Shown here piece after piece: positions 52,660 through 64,000 of a DNA stretch of 64,000 bases. Every line of letters starts with the position of its first letter. Position 1 is the stretch's first letter. Below the pieces are notes generated by a model. The model was not told the origin of the DNA. It saw only the letters and a program-made list of their open reading frames with translations, and ran no database searches. The DNA comes from Enoplolaimus lenunculus (taxonomy: Eukaryota). The position numbers and the translations under genes are program-made. The stretch spans positions 124,001 to 188,000 of the forward strand of contig JASANG010001329.1 in assembly GCA_030248215.1 (NCBI GenBank), read 5' to 3'.

Positions 52660-53857
52660 ATACCTGTTCAAATACGGCTGCTGTAATGTTACCTTCTTTG
52701 CGTTGAGCCATCGTTGTTTCCCTAAAGCGTACAAATTTTAAGCAAATCGCAATTTCTGTATTTCTATTGGGAAGATTTGGGCTTATCTTTAATTCATACT
52801 CCTAATAGCGTCGCGTGTATTAATCTAAAACTGTATTTAGTATTAAAAATTGATACTAAAACTATATACTTCAGAATAAATAGAGATATACTAACAATAG
52901 TCTCCGCAGGTGCTAGCAACTTTCAAAAGGTCATCGTAGTTGATACTTAAGTGCACAGTTCAAATAAATATTCAATCCGTTGTTGAAGTGTATCTTATTT
53001 GCATATACCTTAGATTTAGAATCCTTTGATATATTTATAATTGATGAGTAAATCTTGTTGCTCACGTACGATTTTTGTGCTTTGTAGATGTTGAGCAGAA
53101 TAGCCTAGATAGGGCCAGCTGCATGTTAGTCGGGCCTTCCCAGACAGGTTCGAGAGGGCTCCACCTAAAATGTTTCACAGTTCCATAACTTCGTGATTCT
53201 CGAAAAATATTTAGTTTGCCAAGGTGGGGCTGGCCAAGGGTTGGAGCGCCACCATTTGGGGATTTGGGGACGCTTCCGCAGGCACTGGGCCTGGAGGATT
53301 GAAGAACTTCCTGTACATGAATTTGGCGTTTTGAACAAACTGGCATAATGAACTGAAATTTTAACTGAGTCTTTGCGTTATTAACTGTGCTAAATCGCTA
53401 AGATATCTTTTTATTCAAACTCAAAGAAAAGTTTTTTTATTGTTTGTGTAACTTAAATTCTGACCGGTATTTTCGTTGTTGGAACAGATTTGTTTAGGTT
53501 TAGTGTATTGCAGTTGCGGAATTTTATAACACAATCGCGTAACTTAATGAATTTTATCTCTGGATTCTACGGTGCAGTACGCGGTCGAATATTCGTTTCA
53601 ACTCTAAAGAAAATTTAGGAAAACTTATCCGAATTTAGCAAATTCGTAGTCTTGGATAGTTTTCAATAAAAGTTGTACACCAGCGTCCAAGTTTAAGCGA
53701 CCATAACATGCTAAAATTTTCTATCTCTGATATCATTGTTATAAATTTTAAGTTGTAATCTATTGCTTTTGTTTACGAAACGTGTCTGCGATAGTGGACA
53801 GCGCGTTGTGTTCACAAAAACGCCGTTTTAGTTTAATACTCTATATCTTATCTTTCA

Positions 53858-54180
53858 TTACTAGAACCAAGAGTGGATGATGTATACTTTAACAAGAGTA
53901 TGTAGCTGGGTAAATTCTGTGTAGAACAGAATGTACCCGGCACGCGTTGCGTTTTTGGCCAGCTCCCCTTTTGTTTAAACGGGGGTACAGCTGGTGCCAA
54001 CCATGGCACTTTATGTATCCGGCAACAAAAATGTTCCGTTTACAATTTAATTTAGGGTTATTGCATGTGACAATCGACCCCGTTGGGGGGTCGGTCAAAA
54101 ACGCAGCTCCCGGTGGTACATTTTGTACCATGCGGAATCCCAGGAATTGCACACTCTTGATGCATTCTTGCTAGTAGCAA
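53858..54180. mobile_element. Unclassified fold-back MITE, family H
   Basis: CAAGAGTATGTAGC...TGCGTTTTTGGCC is inverted relative to GGTCAAAAACGCAGC...TGCACACTCTTG. Homologous to 32435-32700. Confidence 0.7.
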
Positions 54181-55016
54181 CTTTATAAGTGATAAACTTG
54201 TAGAAATTTTGGACTTCTCATTGAAAACTCGAAGAATCAAAAAACGATAACTTTTTTAAATTTCGTTTGGCGTAAAGGTAAGGCCGCAACCCTAAACCTT
54301 TATATTCTATATTATTGTTTGGATTTCGTACATACTGAACCTCGATAGTATATATGTGTATTATCATGGACATATGGTAAAATTGCATGCTATATTTAAT
54401 GTTACCCTATCTTTGCGCACAGTTGCATCCGGGTCCAAGAGAATTTTGACCGGAAAAATAGCGACTTCGAGTCCGGGGTCGTATATTCATTATTTACATT
54501 TCGTAACTCTATATCGTATATTATTTTTTGAATTTCTAGCGTGAAACCATTAGCTATGTCAGTGTACTTAATTTTCTTAAAAGTTTATATTTTGACAACA
54601 ATTTTTCAATTTGTTTTGAAACATTTTTCGTAAAATTAGCACAAAACTGATGCCATTTGCGAGCGTGCACGGCAAGCTTAAAAGTGTCACAAAGCTAAGT
54701 GGTGTCGCATCTTAAAGTGTCTAGAAAAAATAGCTGCAAAAAGGAAGTGTTAACTTTCAGACCTTTCTCATTACGGCACTAGCTTATTTTTGAATTCGTT
54801 TACTTTCAGTTTACTATAGCAGAAGCTATCTACAATTAGAGATAGAAAATTAATGGAAAGCATTGAAATTATCAAGTCACTAATACGTGCCCCCTAGACC
54901 CTTTGACCATTCAACAGGCGGCGAGGCGAGGAGGCAAAAACTGATGCAGGATCATTTAAAAATTTCCCATGGCTAACAAGTGGGTGTTGAATTTTTTAAG
55001 GGAAATGAGGTCCCAT

Positions 55017-55273
55017 CACTAGCGGAACCAGAATTGGGGAGGTGGGGTGTACGCCTGCCAGTCAACCCCCCAGATTTTTTTGCGTAAAATTGTAAGGTCT
55101 CTCTACCTTACAATTTTTTCACTCAGAAATTTTCTGTAAAAATACAAACCCTCAGAAATTTTTTTGTGACAAAACCTTACCATTTTTTAGAATTTTTTTT
55201 TGGTTTTAAAATGATAAGGTTCCTAATACCTTACAATTTTTCCGCCGGTCAGAAATTTTAGGATCCGCCTCTG
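55017..55273 (+). mobile_element. hAT-like MITE, family D (257 bp)
   Basis: CACTAGCGGAACCAGAA...TTTTAGGATCCGCCTCTG. TSD GGTCCCAT/GGTCCCAC. Confidence 0.82.
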
Positions 55274-56752
55274 GGTCCCACCACTCCTTTGGGACTATAT
55301 GTCCAGTGATTTCTAATTAAGTGAAAAAAGTACCATAAGTTTTGATCCGAGGTATTTGATCATGGTCACTGAATATTAAGAACCCGATAAAATACAGATA
55401 GAAACCGACAAGGTAAACTTGCAAATATGCACTTGAAACATGCTTAAAAATCTGTTATATTTCGTTTGGTTTGATTTTTAAAAATTAAAACAATTTGGTG
55501 CTTATTTCATTTTCAAAGTTAAATTTATGACCGTACTGCAAACTGACGCACAGCGTGAAGTAAACTGAAACGTTGCTTGCGGGCAAACAAAATTCACACT
55601 TCAAAACGGCAAAATTTGTTGTAAAAAATTTATTTTTGAATAAGTTTTCTAAAATTTTCCATCTGCTTGATGAAATTTTTGCACCAGCTAATAATAACTT
55701 AACTTACTAATCAGACTGTAAAAGTAGCATTATTTTGTTTAATAATTGTGCTTGGATTATTGCCTTTGATGTAAGCTGTTTTCACGACGTTGGTTTAATT
55801 ACAAAGGTGTCGTTATGCGTCGTTCATAATAATTTTGTCGAAGGTGCATAATTCAACTGTGTGAATATTTATATGTGTCCATATTCCCCTACCTAATTTG
55901 AGGGAAGATGATTTGCGCAGCACCGACATGTTTAGGGCTAGGCCGTCGCTTGACTTCTGCCGTCTAACTTCATAATCCGTCGTAGAATTGTATGTTTGGG
56001 TCCAGTTTATTCCAAACTTTTTTCATTCGACTCTGTTTTCCTTAGTCGGACTTTTGAATTTTTAGATTTTAAATATCCCGTGTCTCGAAGTGTAAAAGGT
56101 ATAAAGACAATTAGTCGCCCGATAATTTGTAATCCGAAATATAATCAACTCGACCATTCGTTTCCGATCATTATGCTTAAGCTTACGATTAGGAATATGC
56201 ATATTTTTTTCATAGGTTTCAGGACGCTGTTTTAGTCGATAGGTTGTCGGGCGACGAATTGTCGTAGATTCTGTACAAAATAATAATTTATGATAATTAT
56301 ACAATGACGGCTAATAGTAGGGTTAGTCTTGGCTTTTGAAACAATTTTACCAATAAAAAGGTGGATCTTCCTTTCGGTATTCGGTGTATTTGCGTCGGAA
56401 AAACCATTTCAAACATATTCAAAAATTGTAATACTTTAATTCTGTATAAACTGAACGTTTCGCGTTGTTACTGATGACCGCACTATAACTGTCATCATAT
56501 GTTCAGCACTTTTGCACACAACAACAATTGCACTTTTCACATGAGTCTGCAACACTCAGCATGCGTACAATACTGAGCATACCGTGTATATAATGCGAGC
56601 AATATTTAATGCAGTGTGTGTAACCGAAAACAGCGCGCACTTTTCAGGACAACTTCAAAACTTTAGTTTTCGAAAGCGAGCGAACGCAGACAGATAAACG
56701 TTTAAAACTGTTACTGTTTATACTGTTTACATGAGTCTTTTTGATACATGAG

Positions 56753-56905
56753 CAGGTTCGTAGCCAGGTAACCTTCATAGGGGTCTAAACATTTTTAAGG
56801 ACAGGCATACAATTGCGTTCGATGACATACAAGCAAGGTTGAAAATTTTCTAGTTGGGGGCAAAACTTTTCCGGTGGGAACTGAGCTCTCAATGCCCTGG
56901 GCCCG
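56753..56905 (+). mobile_element. hAT-like MITE, family E
   Basis: CAGGTTCGTAGCCAG...CTGGGCCCG. Perfect TSD TACATGAG. Confidence 0.8.
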
Positions 56906-57245
56906 TACATGAGTAAAGTTTATTGTGTCTACTGAATATTTAGTTGAAAACAAATACATGTAGGCGTTGGGCCAGTAATTTTGTTTTAAATTTTAAACCT
57001 TGACGAGTCAAGTTTAATAGGCAAGCTGAAATCGCAAGCCGTTTTAGCGTTCAGTTTTTCCAAATGTATGCTTATTAGGTGACACATATTAATGCTTGAA
57101 ACAGTAAAATGCGTGTTTTAGACCTGAAACACTCAAGAAATCTATAAAACAGAGTTTGCTAATCCGGTGCTTACGCAACAATTATTAAATGCGGAGGCAA
57201 TGAAATCTCCATGGTGTAAATCATATGTTCAACTATAAACAAAGT

Positions 57246-57435
57246 GGCCCATGTTACTTTAAGGGGCGTCCAGGTTTCTGGCGGGCCTATAAAAGAGTAG
57301 GTTTAGATTCTAGGTTACATTTTTTGTTTAGGCTTAGGCGTAGGCTTAAAAACACATTTTTGCAACGCTTAGGCTTAGGCTTAGGCTTAAGAATACGCTT
57401 AATCAACTTTTACGCCCCTTAAAGTAACTCTGGCC
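57246..57435 (+). mobile_element. TTAGGC-bearing Merlin-like MITE, family A
   Basis: TIRs GGCCCATGTTACTTTAAGGGGCGT / ACGCCCCTTAAAGTAACTCTGGCC. TSD AACAAAGT/AAAAAAGT. Confidence 0.92.
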
Positions 57436-58039
57436 AAAAAAGTGAATTAGTTTAAGTACAGATAGATGCTCCTATGTATAAATCAGAAAGAAATAGTTCC
57501 AACCCGCACTGTAGGATACGTTACTTCCTGTAATACAGTTCCCGTGTTAGGCCCGCATTTAATGTAAGAATTATTATATTAGTGCGATCACTGAGAATAG
57601 TAAAGTAAATCATTAATCCTTTATTTAAAAGCAAAAATGCATAAAACGTTGCCTTAGCTACGCGAATGATCAAGACATTTTGGACCGTTGTGCCCGAAAT
57701 CCTTGCTTTGTTTAATTCAGTATTAAATGCTGGCTCTCGCTGTTATATATTTTTGTTTTAAGCTGTATTTATTTAATTAATCATATTATTTTTTGGTTTC
57801 ACCATAAAATTACTAGCTCATATCGCAAATGCTGGTTCATACGTTCCGTACATATTTATGCTGTATATAATATGCCATCCGATAATCGTCTTTTGGCTGT
57901 TAAACCTCAGTTATTTGCCGACACTACGTGTGCTGCTAATGGTGCCGTTGGTTGTGATTTTGAAACCTTAGAAATCATTCAAATCTAACGTAGAGGCTCA
58001 AGTTTAAACCCGAGCCATTGTCAAGAGCAAAGAGGGAAC

Positions 58040-58204
58040 CACCTTGACCTAAGCCCCCAAAACGGGGTCAAAACAAAGATTTTGATTTAAGGTTTAGTGC
58101 TTAAATGGCGTTTGGCTTCTCGATCTCTTCGCTTGCGAGTGGTTTTCCACGAATACATCTCTCGTTGCCGGACATCCTTGTGGAAATTTCTGGGTCCGCC
58201 ACTG
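58040..58204 (+). mobile_element. Old hAT-like MITE (family F)
   Basis: Ends GAAATTTCTGGGTCCGCCACTG. Core GCGTTTGGCTTCTCG also seen near 23406 and, on the reverse strand, near 61900. Confidence 0.55.
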
Positions 58205-60769
58205 ACCTGAGCTTCAAAAAATTGGCCACAACTGCAGTAAGATACAAGTTTATGTAGACACATGTTTATTATTGTATAACGAGGCAGGACTCAGTGTCAA
58301 TTCCCGAAACAAATTGCTTCAATTGCCATTGCCAAAGTCATTTGGTTCGTTGCTACAGATTTCTCTCGTCAAATAATTCGAAACGGCCAAGCTGAATCAA
58401 TCTGATTTAGGTATCATGACATGGCTAAGCCCCTCCTGTAAGGTTACGAGTCGTAACTACGGTACCATTCAAGATCGTGGGTACCGAACATTTTTGGTTC
58501 CGTACGTTGTGCTATTGTATACTTCCCCCGCAGTTTCCGCAGTTTTCAGACACTGGCATAGCATATACTTAGGACAGGCTAGAGTTGGTGTTTAGCTTAG
58601 ACATAGGTTAAGCGCAAAACTTGTAGCAGGAATGGTATAAGTGGGGCTGTTAAGTTGGACTGTTGCCCCTTTGGATCCCCCCTCTATATCAGTGTCCATA
58701 TTCCAAATGCTGATACGTCGCTGTTAGTTTATTCAAATGTCTTGAAAAGTTTTCGTTTGTAACCATATTGCATGTTGCAACTGTCACCATGTACGATTTA
58801 GCGTTTACGACTTGTAGTTGCACTGCGTATAAATATTGCAAAAACACATTTAATGTTTATTATGCGATACACGACATATGCGGTTGCATGCAATTTTGCA
58901 GTTTGTGCCGTTTGCATGAGCGCGCTCGCTGAGGCGTTGTGATTATTAACTGTATTGTTTTTACTAATCAAAGCAGCATCTGACGCAGGCGAACCTTTTG
59001 TTTTAGCGGGGTCTGCTGCACTTTTTCCATAAGATTATTGACCTTAACGCAATACTAATCCTAAGCTTGGGACTAAGCTTAAGATTTATGCCAAAAGCTG
59101 AAAATTTTCGTAAACTGTAGAGGATGTTTTCAAGAGTCGTTTCTACGGTTAGGTAGTCGGTCTTTAAGTCGAAAATGCTTAGTTTATTTTGTTGACTAGC
59201 AATAACATTTTTCATACCTCTAAGTTTTTAGTTGGATATCTTTAGATTTAAAACGAATCACGTACAGCGGTTAAAATTGAAGCAAATTCCACATATTATA
59301 CCTAAAGCCAATTAGGATATGATACCAGCTGAATTTTAGAATTGTGCCAAATGTGCCGAATTTTTGGGCTGCATGATTGATTAGTTTTGTTGCCTGAGGC
59401 CTTCATACATCCTGTTTGACAACTCTAGAACAAAAATCTATTCCTCATTTCTATATACAGAACGAAAAGCAAAAGTAGATTTTAGAACTGTTGGTTAATG
59501 GTTATGAAAGCAATTTTGTAGTTATATTTTATTAGACTCATATTCCGTCCCTCAAAACGTTAAAGCGGCCCTAAATAATAGGTCAATGGGAAATGAGCCA
59601 TTCAATACTGCCCTCATATTGAAAAAATATATCAATTTACAACAAAATAAAGTTCCAAGAAACAATCATGAATCGCTATAAAAACGGTGCTTAATTAGCA
59701 GCTGTTATGAATAAGTTTGGCCCCGAGTATTATATTTGAATGTAAAATTCTCTTAATTTTTTATCCATTTATTTTATAGTTCACCGAAGAAATATAAACA
59801 GTTGTATACTCGCAAACAATGAGAAACATTAGACTGCGATATTATCGAGGGCGGAGCCCGGGTTCTAAATTAGGAGGGACTTCCCTTATGTACCCAAAAA
59901 AATTTCTGATCTTTAATATTCAAAATTTCGAAGCCTGTTAAAAGTGCTTTTATCTGGTGTCATGAATTTTTGTCGTGAGAATAACCCCTCCATTCTTCCC
60001 GTTGTTTACAGCCGTGAGTATTTATGTATTTTACTTTCTCAAATTTGAGGCCACATGTTTTTCCACAAATACTGCAATAGTCGTTTTTTGTCTCTCTATT
60101 TCTCTCTCTTAATTTCGAATTCATTTTCAACTCTCAAACTCTATCTTTTCTTTTATCGTTTTTACTCGTTGCTCTGCGATGGGAGTACACGCATAAACTT
60201 TGTTTTTCATCGTATAATATGCTCTATTACCGAGATGCAAGGGGGATATGTAACCCACGAAATTCCTGCAGGGACGATAAATAGAAACACTTTTGCATAC
60301 ATTAGAATGACATAATTCATTTTAGGTGTTGGAAAAAGGTTGCCTCATCTCGCTACGCTAACTCGCAAAACTGTGGCATCCGGTCATGTTCACCGAAATG
60401 AAACTCAGGCCACACTCTAAGCTTAATATTCAATTTTTTTATCTCTTTCTTTATATTTTTCTCATATTATTTTTTCTTGTTTCTCTCCCATCTGATCATT
60501 TACTATTTGTTTTCGTTTTACATTATGCTGTTTGCGGTTTAGAGCAGGCTTTTTCTGCTTAACTTCAATTTTAACTGCTTCCTTCGCACATTTTGTAGTA
60601 GTTTTGCTTTTAACTCCATAAAATCGAGAATGGTTTGCTAAGGGGGCAGGAAAATGTTCCTAGAATTCTTTTAATGCTGATCAGGAAAATTTCGGCCACG
60701 AAGGGTAAAAAGTTCCTAGGGGACAGTTCTTCCTTCATACTCCTTCCCCGAAAGGCGCTATCCTGTGCC

Positions 60770-61260
60770 TTGTTTTCTTTCTGCTGACCAGTTTTGCTTT
60801 TACTTTATTCACTTATTCTCTGGTTTTTTTAACTAATTTCGGTAGTTTCTTTGTTGACGTTTTACTGTGTATCGACAGTTTCGCAATGTTTCTTCTTTTG
60901 CTTGTTAGTTTGTTTGTTTTTACTCTTTTTGTTTTCATTTCTTTTTACACTTTAGGTTTGTTCTTTTCTTTTTACTCTTCTTTTGTTTTCCGTGTTTCTT
61001 AATATATTTGTAGATTTGTTCACTTATTTACTTGTCTCTGTGTTTTTACTGCTCCGCTTGTACTGTTTCTTATTTTGCATAGTTGTTTGTTGATCTGTTT
61101 GTTTGTTTGTTTGTTTGTTTTTGTTTCTTGCGCTATCTTCTTGCTTGCGTGATCGTTTTCGGCAATTTGTTTGCAGAATATGTTTTTATATGTCATCACG
61201 TTTGTAAGCGTGTTGCTCATTTGTTTACATTTTTTGATCGCTAAGATAGTTTTTGATGAC
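60770..61260 (+). repeat. Strand-asymmetric T-rich low-complexity tract with (TTTG)n
   Basis: Runs of TTTC/TTTG throughout, with (TTTG)n at about 61096-61125. Confidence 0.7.
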
Positions 61261-63342
61261 GTGGTATTTTTTGTCGTTTAAATGATCCTCAGAATATTTT
61301 TTGTTTGCATAGGCGGGTTGCGATGTCTTTCGCATTGACCGCAGGTAAAATACATCGGCGTTTTAAGAGCACCGGAATCATCCAATGAGCGATTGGGGTG
61401 GGCCAATAAGATTTAGGAAGGGCAACAGTGCACTTTATTCATGTTATGGCAATAATTATTTCTTGTGTTCGATACATTTTGAGTGTACAGATCGAGGGGG
61501 GCACGTTTGTCCTACTTGCTCGAGCACCGTCACGGTAACGCCCCCACTCAATGTTGGCGCCTGTGCCAGAATCGGAACTTGTTAATATGTCATAAACCCA
61601 AAATTGAAACATTTAAGAATTTAAAATTTCTGGTATTTAGAATGAGTTTCGTGTTTAGTCAGACTTTTCCACCAAAAAATTTTAAAAATTAAGCCCTAAA
61701 TAGGCTCTTATGCAGTGTTTTTAGTGAGGAACTTAATCAATTTGATCAGTGCCCAGTGAAACGAGGTGGAATTACGGAAAATTTTGATATCATTTCCCAT
61801 GGTTTGATTAAGTAGACAGTGGTGGATGTACAAATTTCTAATGAGGAAAGCCGCACTACATATATAGTAATGAAAACGCCTTGTGAGGTAGACGAGGAAG
61901 AAGCCAAACGCAATTTTAGTGCTAAATTTGACACAAAAAATTTAGTTTTGACCACTGTTGGACATCAGGTCCTGAGTTACCCGCCTAGATTCGACATTAC
62001 TTGTAGGTCTGCGTTTACCAAAGTTGTTTATGCGTTCACTTTGTCAATTTTTCCATGTCTTAGAATCACTATTTTACGTGTATTTTCCAAAATTCTTATT
62101 AATTTTTCATAAAATTTAAATGTGATCTTCGATTTTGCGATTAGAATCGGTCAAAAATACACATTTTTTTCTTCTTTCGTATCGATTTCAACATATTTCA
62201 CGATGGTTTGTGCCGCTGTGTTATTTTTTTGCGTTTAATAATTTTTAAAAAAACGACACACGATTTTCTTCTGTAATCAAATTTAACCATCAATTATGAC
62301 AAATTTGACACAATATTGTCAAACGTCACCCTGTCACTGTTAAACGTTTACTGTGAGAACACTTCTAAAGCATACGAAATCTGACATGTATAGGTTAAGG
62401 CATTGCAGGCCGACGGCAATAAGTAGCGGTTAGCAGCAAATGCTGAAAAAATACCGGGAACGGAAACTTAAGCGAAACACTTTATTATTTATTACTGTTA
62501 AAATGCGGTGCTAATACAATTAATACAAAATTCATTTTCACTTTTATGGATATCAAAGTTATACGAGTTGACTTTTGGTTTCGGCTTTTTCAAATCGGAA
62601 TTCGAACCGCTAATAATAAATACTAGTCTGACAGCTTTGCGCAATGCGCAAAAACACTCACAAATTTTCCTTTCATAAAACAATCACGTGTATTTCCTAA
62701 GAAATAATTGTAAACAAAGTAATGCTGGAAAGTTGCCCAAAATACGTATGTGGGGCGTTCAAGCTTTTTGCCTCAAAGGATATGTATTAAACTGTGGGCT
62801 CCCGCTGTACTGCTACCCGCTGTGTACTGCTATCGGTTTATTGAGCTACTTACTAATGAGGACCTTCCGTATTGCGTAATGTTATCGTCAATATAGACCA
62901 TGATGATAGCTCAGACCTTGAGTTTGAAAATATTTATGATCTATTTAACCTAGTTTATGCGGTTTTGAACTTGAATTTTAAAATATAATTTAAATATGTA
63001 TACACAAATGTATTTATTTAACTACTTATTTTTACTTCACCATGGCCTCCAGTGTTGGATCTGGTAGAATCTGGCAGTGTGTTAGCTTACAGCTATTTGT
63101 AAGCTGGTCTCGCGTTCTAATTGGACTTATAAATCGGATATGTCTTGCAATGTCGAAGTGAATGAAAGTCGCAACTAAAAATACGATGCACTGGTTTCTT
63201 GGTCAATGAAAAATTTCAAACTATCTAGTTTTTATTCAAATGAAAGTTGGTCTAAACTTATTTTTGTAATTTAAATTTATTGGTAAAATAGTGCCATTTG
63301 TTTTAATTCGAGATGTAACCTTAAGAATTTGCCTCATGTTTG

Positions 63343-63567
63343 GGCCAATGTTACTTTTAGGGTCGTAACGGTAGATCAAGAATATGCCTAAGCCTAAGCG
63401 TTCAAAAAGTGTATTCTTAAGCCGAAGCGTTCAAAAAATGTAGTCTTAAGCCTAAGTGTTGAAAAAGTGTGTTCTTAAGCCAAAGCAAAAAATGTAATCT
63501 AGAACGTTAGCCTACCGTTTTTCAGACCCAGCCGAAACCAGGACAACTCAAAAAAGTAACATAGGCC
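63343..63567 (-). mobile_element. TTAGGC-bearing Merlin-like MITE, family A, with internal 29-bp triplication
   Basis: GGCCAATGTTACTTTTAGGGTCGT...AAAAGTAACATAGGCC. Degenerate TSD CATGTTTG/GAAGTTTG. Confidence 0.85.
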
Positions 63568-63670
63568 GAAGTTTGGAGAGTCTTAAATTTTTCGACGTGG
63601 CGCTTCGAACTGGTTTGTAAACCTAATTTTTGCGAACATTAATGCAAAAATTTCAATTTGTATTTATGGG

Positions 63671-63893
63671 GAGGCCACCCCTTGTAATAGTTTTGATTGG
63701 TTGTTCATCAATAACAGTAGTGCTTTTGTTATGACTGCTGCGTTGAGGCCACCCCTTGTAATAGTTTTGATTGGTTGTTCATCAATAACAGTAGTGCTTT
63801 TGTTATGACTGCTGCGTTGAGGCCACCCCTTGTAATAGTTTTGATTGGTTGTTTGTTCATCAATAACAGTTGTGATTTTGTTATGACTGCGTT
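63671..63893. repeat. 74-bp minisatellite, ~3 copies
   Basis: Unit GAGGCCACCCCTTGTAATAGTTTTGATTGG...GACTGCTGCGTT starts at 63671, 63745 and 63819. The first two units look identical. Confidence 0.95.
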
Positions 63894-64000
63894 CTGGTTC
63901 GGTGGTTTTTTTATTAAAAAACCAAGCTCAAGACATCTGGTTTGTGCCAAATTTTTGTTTGCCCTATGCGTCGCTTAGAAGCTTGAGCACAAGCAACACT

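Noticed and set aside
61746..62112. 97-aa and 69-aa overlapping ORFs
   Set aside because: They overlap a family F repeat fragment (GAAGCCAAACGCAATTT core) and show no recognisable domain.
63072..63110. miR-34-like TGGCAGTGTGTTAGCT
   Set aside because: The 3' half diverges and there is no complementary star arm for the seed region.
63671..63893. CRISPR-like array
   Set aside because: Contiguous near-identical units with no unique spacers, in a eukaryotic context with no cas genes.

Overview
AT-rich eukaryotic (most likely invertebrate animal) genomic DNA with no long ORF. It reads as long-intron or intergenic sequence packed with short non-autonomous DNA transposons (MITEs). The clearest structure is a pair of related ~170-300 bp MITE families, 11 recognisable copies in all, with GG-initiated terminal inverted repeats (TIRs), 8-bp target-site duplications (TSDs) and internal TTAGGC telomere-type arrays. 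Their ends and TSD length fit the Merlin superfamily. Also present: CAC-terminated palindromic MITEs (EnSpm/CMC-like), hAT-like MITEs with 8-bp TSDs, Harbinger-like and Tc1/mariner-like MITEs, a 1.5-kb Kolobok-like element, two tRNA-derived (SINE-like) heads, a TA-rich microsatellite and a 74-bp minisatellite. Four short plus-strand splice-bounded open segments chain in phase and may be exons of one long gene, but I do not recognise the peptide and this is low confidence. I recognise no transposase, rRNA, intact tRNA or CRISPR. The supplied ORF track appears to be mostly chance or repeat-derived. Superfamily labels rest on terminus and TSD rules only. Coordinates were read by eye and may be off by a few bases, and the organism cannot be identified from this window.
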